From: an uncultured Methanosarcinales archaeon
GTDB lineage: Archaea > Nanobdellota > Nanobdellia > Woesearchaeales > ARS49
DNA length: 63,367 nt
Assembly: GCA_964362535.1 (NCBI GenBank)
Contig: CAYIEN010000006.1
Coordinates: forward strand, 1-63,367
Direction: 5' to 3'
Below the pieces are notes generated by a model. The model worked only from the letters and a program-made list of their open reading frames with translations, did no database searches and was not told the origin of the DNA. Positions 24,353 through 32,886 of the stretch are shown piece by piece. Made by a program: the position numbers and the translations under genes. Numbering within the stretch: the first letter of the stretch is position 1; the number at the start of each line of letters is the position of its first letter.

Positions 24353-25087
24353 ATGAAATGGGGCGTTTCGTTCATTATAGCAATATTATTCCTTCTGCCA
24401 GTAGTATCTGCAGCCACAATTCATGGTACCATTTACAATATTGATTTGAATCCGGTGAAGAACGCGCGAATCGACATTACGACGCAGCCGAAGCAAGTCT
24501 TTATCGCAACGAACGGAACGTATGCGTTTACCGTGTCGGAAGGCATGTATGATTTGTCTGCGGCATTGATTCAAAACGGACAAACAACTGCTTCTGCGAC
24601 AGAATCTCTGACAATTACGGATGATGGTGATTACGTGCTTGACCTTATTTTGTTTCCAGATATTGAGGAAGGTTTGTTGAACGAGCCAGATATCAATCCT
24701 GCGGAAGTAATTGATGAGTCTCCTGTTTGGCCGAGAGTCATTATCGGCATACTGATTGTTGGCGCGTTGCTTTGGTTTTTCTTAAAGCCGAAGAGTAAGT
24801 CCCAAGCGCATGCGATTGAGCACGCACAGCACAAAGCAGACCATCACACTCCAGTCACAGAAGTAAAGAAAGAAGAAATAAAAGAGGAGCTGCAAACCGA
24901 GAAAGACGACGTCACACCTGTTATTGCGTTCATCAAGGCGCAGGGTGGAAGAACAACACAAAAAGATATCCGAAAGCAATTCCCGTTAAGCGAAGCAAAG
25001 ATTTCGTTAATCATCGCCGAACTCGAGCACAAAGGTGCGATTGAAAAGATTAAGAAAGGTCGCGGGAATATTATTATTCTGAAGTGA
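24353..25087 (+). CDS. Membrane-anchored winged-helix protein with extracytoplasmic carboxypeptidase-regulatory-like domain
   Basis: Signal/anchor MKWGVSFIIAILFLLPVVSA, ATIHGTIYNIDLNPVKNARIDI, TM VIIGILIVGALLWFF, C-terminal wHTH VIAFIKAQGGRTTQKDIRK...IAELEHKGAIEKIKKGRGNII. Confidence 0.6.
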   Translation: MKWGVSFIIAILFLLPVVSAATIHGTIYNIDLNPVKNARIDITTQPKQVFIATNGTYAFTVSEGMYDLSAALIQNGQTTASATESLTITDDGDYVLDLILFPDIEEGLLNEPDINPAEVIDESPVWPRVIIGILIVGALLWFFLKPKSKSQAHAIEHAQHKADHHTPVTEVKKEEIKEELQTEKDDVTPVIAFIKAQGGRTTQKDIRKQFPLSEAKISLIIAELEHKGAIEKIKKGRGNIIILK

Positions 25088-25090
25088 GGT

Positions 25091-25723
25091 ATGGCTAAAT
25101 TGTATGAGGCGTGGCCGGGGTTGTATGGCGTCACGCAACATTTTTTTCGTTTTACTGGCACGGCGTTGATGCATGTTGAAGGCGCACGTTACATTCCAAA
25201 AGAACCATCCGTTATTCTCGCAAAACATCGTTCGTTGCTTGAAGTGTTGCAGTTATCATATGTTGTGGGTGTTCGAACGGGTAAGATGCCGTTGATTGCG
25301 ATGAACGCAGGGCTTCCGAAACAATATGGTTGGTTCGGGGGAGTTCCGATTGACCGAGGAAGTGACCAGAAGGAAATGCCACAGAAGGAGTTTAACGCGA
25401 GAAGCTTTGCTCGGTTAAGGCAAGGGTTAGAAGAACGCAGCATCATTGCGTTTCCAGAAGGTCATCGGTGGCCTGACCGAATGGGGCGTTTGTTGACGGG
25501 ATTGCTTGGCGAGCTAGTAAACAACCAGTATCCAGTTGTTCCGGCAGGGGTCAATCATGCTTGGCTATCGTTGACGAATAAAATAAAAATTCCGTACGAA
25601 AGCACAATCAAATTCGGTCCTCCGAGAAAATATCATTCAGTGAAAGATATGAACATACGCGCGTTCAGAGAAGAATTAGCGACATTATCAGGTCTTGAAT
25701 TGAAAGTAAAATCAGAGGAGTGA
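25091..25723 (+). CDS. Lysophospholipid (1-acyl-G3P) acyltransferase, PlsC-like
   Basis: AKHRSLLEV (HX4-acidic block I) and AFPEGHRWP (FPEG block III). 210 aa. GTGAGGT SD. Confidence 0.6.
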   Translation: MAKLYEAWPGLYGVTQHFFRFTGTALMHVEGARYIPKEPSVILAKHRSLLEVLQLSYVVGVRTGKMPLIAMNAGLPKQYGWFGGVPIDRGSDQKEMPQKEFNARSFARLRQGLEERSIIAFPEGHRWPDRMGRLLTGLLGELVNNQYPVVPAGVNHAWLSLTNKIKIPYESTIKFGPPRKYHSVKDMNIRAFREELATLSGLELKVKSEE

Positions 25724-26170
25724 TCTTCGTGCGTATCGGTCTGCGTCGTCGATGCGGATTTCTTTTTTCTTGCCGGATGCTAAGTCTTTGACTTGGATGC
25801 GGTTGCCGATGTGAAGAACTTGCAAGTCTCCTTCATCAGTATGCAAAACATCTCCAACGTCAAACAATAATCCTCTAAATAGAACCGTAACTCGATACAG
25901 TGCTTTGTGCGTCATTCTATCACGTGTGTGAATACGCATGCTGGTTTTTGTTTCGCCGGGAAACTTCATCTTCATTTTTTTGCCGAGCGCTTGCAAATAG
26001 TGCTGATCGGACAAATACAAATCGTATCCTTCTTTGAGAATTTTTTCTTTGGCGACTTTTGCTTTGCCGTCTTTTTCCATGGTGTCGTATACCCAGTCGT
26101 AGACTTTTTGGGTGACGTTTCGGAGCTGGAGAATTCCTTCGAAGTATTCTGCGTGTTTTTCTTTGGTCAT
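25712..26170 (-). CDS. NMD3-related protein (short form, tentative)
   Basis: 152 aa with N-terminal YFEGILQLR, the hallmark segment that follows the zinc domain in NMD3. ATGA overlap with the upstream ORF. Confidence 0.45.
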   Translation of the reverse strand: MTKEKHAEYFEGILQLRNVTQKVYDWVYDTMEKDGKAKVAKEKILKEGYDLYLSDQHYLQALGKKMKMKFPGETKTSMRIHTRDRMTHKALYRVTVLFRGLLFDVGDVLHTDEGDLQVLHIGNRIQVKDLASGKKKEIRIDDADRYARRSLL

Positions 26171-26742
26171 GTCATGACTCGTGCGAGGACGTCTTTCATC
26201 TCAGATGTCGTCATGATGAGCGCTGCCGGGCGTCCGTGTTTGCGCTCGGTAAGTTTGTCGATCGCGTGTTTAAGATGGAAGTCAGTGATGGGCTGTTCGT
26301 GGATTTCTTCAACGAGCTCAAAGAATGTCAGTCTGCGTGCTTTGGTGTCTTTCTTGACCAAATCAGTCAATGAAACGATGAGTTTGTCTTTGAAGAGTTT
26401 GTCTCCGGGGTCTTCGCCAATGGCGAGCGGTGCGGGTTTGGCTATTTTTTTGTCTTTCTTGATGCCTAATTTGAGCTCATTCGCGACTTTGACGAACATT
26501 TCTTTTTGTTTCGGAGACAGGTTACCAAACTTCAGATAGTTTGACTTGATGCTGCGAAGAAAGCTTGATTCTTGATAAAGCGCTTCAGGCAAATTGAAGA
26601 ATTTCTTCATTGCTGCATTATCAATAGGCTGGTTGATTTCGGACATTTGGCAAGGCGCACAGATAGGGAATTGCTTAGACGAGTACATGGGGACCATGTT
26701 CTTCTTACATTTGGCGCAGCGCTGTTGGAATCTGACGGGCAT
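26167..26742 (-). CDS. Zinc-ribbon protein with C-terminal wH-like region, unknown function
   Basis: MPVRFQQRCAKCKK...PICAPCQ. ATG 26742 is 23 nt after a minus-strand TTTATAAAGG; the track's GTG 26760 was rejected. Confidence 0.45.
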   Translation of the reverse strand: MPVRFQQRCAKCKKNMVPMYSSKQFPICAPCQMSEINQPIDNAAMKKFFNLPEALYQESSFLRSIKSNYLKFGNLSPKQKEMFVKVANELKLGIKKDKKIAKPAPLAIGEDPGDKLFKDKLIVSLTDLVKKDTKARRLTFFELVEEIHEQPITDFHLKHAIDKLTERKHGRPAALIMTTSEMKDVLARVMT

Positions 26743-26812
26743 GAGGTTAAAAACCCACACTACCTTTATAAACCTGCTGTGTATAAAAAACGCAAAAGAG
26801 TGGAGGGGTTAT

Positions 26813-27649
26813 ATGGAACATACACATAAAAAATCAAAGAAAGGTCTCGTTATTGGTATTATTGTATTGCTCGTTCTTGCGGGTGGCGCATTTGCGTTTT
26901 ACGCGGCAACGTCCTCAAAAACAGTTCCTGCTATGCTGCACGTGACTGATGGTAGCGCGACATTGAATGGACGCACCGTTACAGGCACAGAAAAGTTGGA
27001 CGAAGATGATGTAGTGGAAACCCAGAATGGTCACGCATCAATCTACCTCTATGAAAGCACGGTTATCAGTATGGATCCGAATACAAAAGTGACGATTTCC
27101 GAATTGATTGCAGCGCATCCGAAAGTAGAGCAGGAAGGCGGTAGCACGTGGAGCACGTTTACGAAGCTCGCGGGCGTTGAAGGGTATGATGTCAAGATGG
27201 GCACAACGGTTGCAAGCGTTCGCGGTACTGCGTTTGAGTTGAGCAATGGCTTGATTGTGACTGGTGCGGGAACGGTTGACTACACGTTCGATGGTTCAAC
27301 GTTCCAAGTTTCTGCAGGTAATGTTGTGGAAGATGGCGTTGCTCGTGTCGCGACGGCAGAAGAACTTGCACGAATAAACGCACACTTCACAAACGCAATC
27401 CAAGAGCTACGCTTCTTGCGTCAGCTTGAGCTTGAAAAACACCCGATTCTTGTCAGCACGGTAAAGAGTGTGTATGGTATTGATGATGCGTTCATCAACC
27501 AGAAGCTCGAGGAGGCCGATGAAGGCAAGTGGGATGTTGATAATGCTCGCGACCGATCGCCTATCCAAACGGATTCGCTTGACAAGGTTGCAGACATTAC
27601 AAAGGCAATCCAACAGCTGAATAAAGATATTCAGGCTTTGAATGGCTAA
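26813..27649 (+). CDS. FecR-domain membrane-anchored protein
   Basis: N-terminal TM GLVIGIIVLLVLAGGAFAFY. FecR-like ...GHASIYLYESTVISMDPNTKVTISE...TTVASVRGTAFEL. GGAGGGG SD. Overlaps the next gene by 8 nt. Confidence 0.6.
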   Translation: MEHTHKKSKKGLVIGIIVLLVLAGGAFAFYAATSSKTVPAMLHVTDGSATLNGRTVTGTEKLDEDDVVETQNGHASIYLYESTVISMDPNTKVTISELIAAHPKVEQEGGSTWSTFTKLAGVEGYDVKMGTTVASVRGTAFELSNGLIVTGAGTVDYTFDGSTFQVSAGNVVEDGVARVATAEELARINAHFTNAIQELRFLRQLELEKHPILVSTVKSVYGIDDAFINQKLEEADEGKWDVDNARDRSPIQTDSLDKVADITKAIQQLNKDIQALNG

Positions 27650-29501
27650 GCTTGCGAAGGCCGGCGTGTTCGCTGGCTTGTTTCTTTTTTTTGTTTTTTT
27701 ACTTTATGTAAATGCATTTTCGCACGTGCGCGGGACGCTTTCTGACAAGTTGTATGGTAATCGCGCTCCGTTGGAAGACATCATCATCGTAGCAATTGAC
27801 GACGCAAGCATCAACAGCGTTGGTCGCTGGCCGTGGAATCGAGATATTCATGCTCAATTACTCCAAAAAGTGAAAGACGCGAAAGTAATCGGAATCGATG
27901 TTTCGTTTTTTGAGCCGAGCGACAACGATGATGCGCTGAAAAAAACGCTTGCTTCGATGCAGAATGTTGTTCTTGCTGCCGAAGTCCAGCAGGGTAAAAC
28001 ATACAAGTCTATTTTTGCGGGCATTCCTGGTTATGTGAATTTGTTGGGCGACCAAGACGGAGTTACACGACGTTTTGCTCCGAATTTAGACAATCAGCTA
28101 GTACCGTTTGCGTATCAGATTTACAAAGCAGAAACAACCAATCCTATTCCTCTTCAAACGAAACCCTATTTCATTAATTTTGTGAACAAACCGTATTCGT
28201 TCACCATGATTCCTGCGAAAGACGTTCTAAAGGGCAACATGAGTTTTGCGGGCAAGACAGTTCTTATTGGCGCGACGGCTCCGGATTTGCATGACGAATA
28301 CTTCGTCCCGACATCTGATGGAGTTCCTATGCCTGGCGTCGAGATTCACGCGAATATTGTGCAAAATTTCAAAGAAAACAATTTCCTTCACGCAACGTCA
28401 TTTAACGGTCTGTTGCTCGGTATTTTGATTGCAGCAGTTCTCGGCATGTTTGTATTGTCGAGATTGCGTATGGGTCTTGCAATTCCGCTCACGATTGGTT
28501 TGTTGGTTCTCTATGGGTTGAGTGCGATTTGGGCATTTAACAACGCATACTTACTCTTAGACTTGTTTTTCGCTCCAATTGCGCTCCTTGCATTCACAGG
28601 AACAGGTATTGGCATGAATTATGTTGAAGAAAAGAAGAAGGGTGCGTTTGTGCGTGATGCATTTTCAAAGTATGTGAACAAGGATTTGTTGGCCGAGCTA
28701 CTTCGAACGCAACAATTGAAGTTAGGTGGCGAAAAGCGCGAGCTCACTGTGTTCTTCTCGGATATTCGCGGGTTTACCAGCATTAGCGAACAGCTTGATC
28801 CGGAACAGTTAGTTCATTTGTTGAATGAATATTTGACGGTTATGACCAAGATTATTCTGCAGCATCAGGGGACGGTTGACAAGTTTATTGGTGACGCGAT
28901 TATGGCGTTGTGGAATGCGCCGTTGAAGGACGCGCATCACGCGATGAAGGCGTGCAGGTCGGCGATTGAGCAAGTTAAAGCGTTACGGCAGTTGCAAGAT
29001 GAATGGAGCAAGCGCGGTGTTCCCGTATTAGAAATTGGCTGCGGCATTCATACGGGTCCGGCGGTTGTTGGTAATATGGGTTCGGAGGAACGTTTTGACT
29101 ACACCGCGATTGGGGACACGATTAATCTTGGTTCGCGTATTGAAGGTTTAACGAAAGTGTATGGTGTGAGTATTATTATTTCGGAGGATACGCACGCCGC
29201 GATTCACGATGAATTGCCATGCAGAAAGCTTGATGCGGTGAAAGTGAAAGGCAAGAAAAAGCCAGTTTTGCTCTACCATCTGTGCGTCGACAAAGATCCT
29301 GCGTTTGTTAAGACGTATGAACACGCGTTGTCGTTGTATTTCAAACGTGAATTCGCGCTTGCAAAAGTTAATTTTGAGAAAGCGTTGCAGGTCCGTGCAA
29401 ATGACAAGTCGTGTAAACTGTTTATTGAGCGCTGTGAAAAGTATGAGCAGCATCCGCCTAGTTCTGACTGGGATGGCGCGTTTGTTCTTGATAGGAAGTA
29501 G
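27642..29501 (+). CDS. CHASE2 sensor - transmembrane - class III adenylate/guanylate cyclase
   Basis: CHASE2-like N-terminus (IIIVAIDDASI..GRWPW), three hydrophobic spans, cyclase blocks LTVFFSDIRGFTSISE, KFIGDAIMALWNAP, GIHTGPAVVGNMGS..FDYTAIGDTINLGSRIEG. Confidence 0.8.
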   Translation: MAKLAKAGVFAGLFLFFVFLLYVNAFSHVRGTLSDKLYGNRAPLEDIIIVAIDDASINSVGRWPWNRDIHAQLLQKVKDAKVIGIDVSFFEPSDNDDALKKTLASMQNVVLAAEVQQGKTYKSIFAGIPGYVNLLGDQDGVTRRFAPNLDNQLVPFAYQIYKAETTNPIPLQTKPYFINFVNKPYSFTMIPAKDVLKGNMSFAGKTVLIGATAPDLHDEYFVPTSDGVPMPGVEIHANIVQNFKENNFLHATSFNGLLLGILIAAVLGMFVLSRLRMGLAIPLTIGLLVLYGLSAIWAFNNAYLLLDLFFAPIALLAFTGTGIGMNYVEEKKKGAFVRDAFSKYVNKDLLAELLRTQQLKLGGEKRELTVFFSDIRGFTSISEQLDPEQLVHLLNEYLTVMTKIILQHQGTVDKFIGDAIMALWNAPLKDAHHAMKACRSAIEQVKALRQLQDEWSKRGVPVLEIGCGIHTGPAVVGNMGSEERFDYTAIGDTINLGSRIEGLTKVYGVSIIISEDTHAAIHDELPCRKLDAVKVKGKKKPVLLYHLCVDKDPAFVKTYEHALSLYFKREFALAKVNFEKALQVRANDKSCKLFIERCEKYEQHPPSSDWDGAFVLDRK

Positions 29502-29539
29502 CCCAAACCTTTAAAAAGCAGAAAACGAGCCAGTAAACT

Positions 29540-30274
29540 ATGAGCAGCCATCAAAAAAAGCCAGTGACTCCCGTTCGAGTTACGGTCAAACAAGTTTTTG
29601 AGAATCCGCGTTCTGAATCTATTCCTGCGAGCGAAAAGAGTATGCCTCCGACGCATCCTCCTGGCACGTCTGCGTTCAAGAAGGCGTGGCGTTGGTTGTG
29701 GTGGTTTATTTGGGAAGATACGAGCATTTGGAGCTGGTTTGCCAACATCATTCTTGCATTCGTACTTATCAAATTCCTTGTCTATCCCGCATTGGGTTTC
29801 GCCTTAGGCACAACCCATCCGATTGTCGCGGTTGTTTCAAGCTCGATGGAGCATGATGTTAATTTTGATTCGTGGTGGACTGAAGGCGGTTATTGCACCG
29901 GCGGAGATATGAGCCAAACCGCACTCAAGAGTTACGGAACATATGGCATTGACAAAGCTGAGTTCCTTGCGTTTCCATTTCATAATGGGTTCAATAAGGG
30001 AGATATTATGATTTTAAGCGGACCAACAAAATTGAAAGTGGGTGATGTTGCAGTCTTCAATGCAGGTTTGGGCGAACCAGTCATTCACCGAGTCATTTTG
30101 TTAACAAACTCCACCTTAACAACGAGAGGAGACAACAATTGCGGGTTGAACGGGTTTGAACAAGACATTCCTAATTCACGTTTGGTTGGTAAGGCGCAAT
30201 TGCGTATTCCGTTGCTTGGCTGGATTAAGATTGGCTTTGTGAACTTGATGGGTTTGGTTACGGGGCGAGCGTAA
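29540..30274 (+). CDS. Signal peptidase I, archaeal/ER (Sec11/S26B) type
   Basis: TM, then VSSSMEHD (catalytic Ser box), GDIMIL, VIHRVI, TRGDNN. Confidence 0.7.
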   Translation: MSSHQKKPVTPVRVTVKQVFENPRSESIPASEKSMPPTHPPGTSAFKKAWRWLWWFIWEDTSIWSWFANIILAFVLIKFLVYPALGFALGTTHPIVAVVSSSMEHDVNFDSWWTEGGYCTGGDMSQTALKSYGTYGIDKAEFLAFPFHNGFNKGDIMILSGPTKLKVGDVAVFNAGLGEPVIHRVILLTNSTLTTRGDNNCGLNGFEQDIPNSRLVGKAQLRIPLLGWIKIGFVNLMGLVTGRA

Positions 30275-30588
30275 TGTTTTGTCCGAAATGCGGTTCAATT
30301 CTCATGCCGAGAATGATTGGCGGTAAGCGAGTCATGGGCTGTTCATGCGGCCACGTTGCGACAGGAACGATCTCAACCATCAAAGAAGAAGTGAAGTCGA
30401 CCGCAAAGGATGTGCAAATTGTTGGTAAAGAAGAGGAAGGAACGTTGCCGTTGACGGACAATAAGTGCAAAAAGTGTGGTCATCCGAAATCATTTTTCTG
30501 GGAAGTGCAAACAAGATCAGCAGACGAACCCGCAACCCGATTCTACAAGTGTGAAAAGTGCAAACACGTGTGGCGCGAATACAAATAA
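30274..30588 (+). CDS. tfs: Transcription factor S (TFS / RpoM-like)
   Basis: MFCPKCGSIL N-ribbon and C-ribbon CKKCGH..FFWEVQTRSADEPATRFYKCEKCKHVW with the acidic hairpin. Confidence 0.85.
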   Translation: MFCPKCGSILMPRMIGGKRVMGCSCGHVATGTISTIKEEVKSTAKDVQIVGKEEEGTLPLTDNKCKKCGHPKSFFWEVQTRSADEPATRFYKCEKCKHVWREYK

Positions 30589-30596
30589 ACGAGTTT

Positions 30597-30818
30597 GTGA
30601 AAGACGGTGTTCTTCGCGTGAGAATTACTCCTTCTGCAGCAAAGAATTGTGTGCTTGGTTTTGACGCGGTTCGTGGTTTACGTGTCTCAATTGCTGCTCC
30701 GCCGGAAGACAACAAGGCAAATAAAGAGCTACTTTCGTTCTTGAAGAAAGAGTACAAACTATCATTTCGGCTTGTTTCAGGCGCAAAATCAAGGGAAAAA
30801 GTGTTGCAATTAGTATAA
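30597..30818 (+). CDS. DUF167 (YggU-like) protein
   Basis: VKDGVLRVRITPSAAKNCV...LRVSIAAPPEDNKANKELLSFL. GTG start assumed because no ATG is available. Confidence 0.5.
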   Translation: MKDGVLRVRITPSAAKNCVLGFDAVRGLRVSIAAPPEDNKANKELLSFLKKEYKLSFRLVSGAKSREKVLQLV

Positions 30819-30925
30819 ATACGTCCCTGAATGATTCCAAAACCGAATAACCGTCTGGATTTTCTGGTTGTTTTTCCGGTTTTTGAGTAAGTGCTTATTT
30901 TAAGGAGTTTTACTTCTATTCAGTC

Positions 30926-31156
30926 ATGTCCTCGATAACACTTATTTTGGTTGATGGGAAGAAATTGATGGCAAAGCGTATGCACTGGCGCGAAGCAAAA
31001 TCTTTGCTAGAGGCACAGATTTCTTGCATTGAAAAGAGTGACGTTCCAGCCCTGAACCTCTTAGAAGGCTACGTGTTGGTTGATTTGAACGAGAAGAAGG
31101 TGTTTAATTGCCAACAGGCATTTGCGATTCCTGAGGGTTGGACAGTTGTTGAGTAA
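30926..31156 (+). CDS. Hypothetical protein
   Basis: 76-aa ORF with AAGGAG upstream. No motif recognised. Confidence 0.35.
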   Translation: MSSITLILVDGKKLMAKRMHWREAKSLLEAQISCIEKSDVPALNLLEGYVLVDLNEKKVFNCQQAFAIPEGWTVVE

Positions 31157-31408
31157 TCAATTTGTCCCGCAGAACTCATCATGAGATTCAATCAAAGAAG
31201 GAATTTCGCAAGGTATGGAGTTGGCTTTTCCTGAGTGATACGCGCGGGCGAAAGAAACTTCGGAGCGGTATTGTCGACGAAGTGTTTGGTACTGACAAAC
31301 AGGGCAATAGACGTACATGAGTCCGTTTTGTTGCGGGACTTTTTCGGGTCGGTGTCCTTTCTCTGCGCAGCGTATCCATTTTCCCAATACGCGTAGTTCG
31401 ATGCCCAT
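31157..31408 (-). CDS. Hypothetical Cys/His-containing small protein
   Basis: 83-aa ORF starting 1 nt after the adk stop on the same strand. CAEKGH...YCPVCQ could bind zinc. Confidence 0.35.
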   Translation of the reverse strand: MGIELRVLGKWIRCAEKGHRPEKVPQQNGLMYVYCPVCQYQTLRRQYRSEVSFARAYHSGKANSIPCEIPSLIESHDEFCGTN

Positions 31409-31409
31409 G

Positions 31410-32048
31410 TTATAAGTTCAGCACGCCGAGTATATTTGCGGTTACTTGCGCAGGAGGAGAATTTGCGTTGATGTGGTGCACAATATCGCGCGCAGCATAG
31501 AGGTCGAGTATTGGTTTTGTTTTTGTGTGGTGGGCATGAATTCGGATCAGTGCCTTTTCGCGAGTATCATCTTCGCGGACAATGAGTGGATTCTTGCATG
31601 AGTCGCAAACGTCTGGTTCAAGAGGTTGTTTTGCCGCGCCGTAGATAGTGGCGCATCCCGTGCAGATTTTGCGTCCATTAATGCGGTTGAGCGCTTCGTC
31701 GTCAGAAAGTTCGAGCGCGATGACATGTGTGACGCGGCTCTTTCGTTCTGAAAGTAAATCATCGAGTGCTTGTACTTGGGGGATTGTTCGTGGGAATCCG
31801 TCAAACAAGTTTTTGTTCGGGGCGAGATTGTTTCCGAACATGGAAATGGTGAGTTTGTCAGGAACATATACTCCTTTGGACCAATAGGGATACGCTTCGA
31901 GTCCGAGAGGTGTTGCTTTCACGTATTCTGAACGAAAGATATCACCAGTTGAAATGTGGGTGAATCGGTATTGAGCGCTCAAAATACTCGCCTGTGTTCC
32001 TTTGCCAGAGCCTTGGATACCCATGATGACTGCGTTGATTTCGGACAT
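31410..32048 (-). CDS. adk: Adenylate kinase, long (bacterial-like) type with zinc lid
   Basis: P-loop GIQGSGKGTQ, GFPRT, lid CTGC...CDSC. Confidence 0.85.
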   Translation of the reverse strand: MSEINAVIMGIQGSGKGTQASILSAQYRFTHISTGDIFRSEYVKATPLGLEAYPYWSKGVYVPDKLTISMFGNNLAPNKNLFDGFPRTIPQVQALDDLLSERKSRVTHVIALELSDDEALNRINGRKICTGCATIYGAAKQPLEPDVCDSCKNPLIVREDDTREKALIRIHAHHTKTKPILDLYAARDIVHHINANSPPAQVTANILGVLNL

Positions 32049-32785
32049 CAGAATCCCTCCAGTGTTCTTTGTTTCTTATCAAACTCTTCGAGATATTTGG
32101 GTGGCTTGATGCTTTTGAATTCAAAGCCCCAGTCTTCGAGCATGATTTTGGCGTTTTCAGTAATCTTAGGCGCGGCCAATATTCCACGTACTTTGCTGAT
32201 GCCTTTGCTGACCATGACTTTTTCAACATAACGTCGAAGCTGAGTCACAGCCGATAAATCTGCGCAGTATCGTTTGCATTCAACAATTGTCAACGTTCCT
32301 GCTTTGTCCGTGCCAAAGACGTCAATGAATCCGTAAACCGTTTGTTCTTCTTGTGAAACCGGTCGAAATCCTTCTTCAATTAAGTCAGGGTTGTTGTAAA
32401 GCATATTGCTCATGTCTTCTTCGGTGCCGGCAACAATAATTGTTTGGCCATCTTCGAGCCTTTGACTGTTCAAGAAATGTACACGTTCAATCGTGATGTC
32501 CAAATATTCTTTCATCGGGGTATTTTTGCTTTTAAGCAACAATTTTCCATTTTCAAACACTATGCTGTGTGTTGTTTCTGGTTTCATGTAATTGATGGGT
32601 GCGTTGCCCATTGGTTGATGAACTAAAATAGCCTTATCATTCTTAATCAACACGATTCTGTCACCTAATCCAAGAAAGCTTTCGGCACGTCCAGAATAAC
32701 GAATTGTACAGGTGCAAGCTAAAACTATCGTTTCATTCCTCGCCAACGCATCCGTCAACAGCGTCGCGTAATCATGGAGGTTCAT
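32048..32785 (-). CDS. nucS: Mismatch/branched-DNA endonuclease NucS (EndoMS)
   Basis: 245 aa; RecB-like C-terminal core FIDVFGTDKAGTLTIVECKRY...VTQLRRY. Its stop overlaps the adk start by 1 nt. Confidence 0.85.
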   Translation of the reverse strand: MNLHDYATLLTDALARNETIVLACTCTIRYSGRAESFLGLGDRIVLIKNDKAILVHQPMGNAPINYMKPETTHSIVFENGKLLLKSKNTPMKEYLDITIERVHFLNSQRLEDGQTIIVAGTEEDMSNMLYNNPDLIEEGFRPVSQEEQTVYGFIDVFGTDKAGTLTIVECKRYCADLSAVTQLRRYVEKVMVSKGISKVRGILAAPKITENAKIMLEDWGFEFKSIKPPKYLEEFDKKQRTLEGF

Positions 32786-32886
32786 AGACGTGAAACCGTT
32801 TGCCCACTATATAAACTTTCTAAGCTCTTGAGTATAGAGAATGCAGGATAATAATCGATTTAAATATGGCTCGTTCACTTTTTTCT

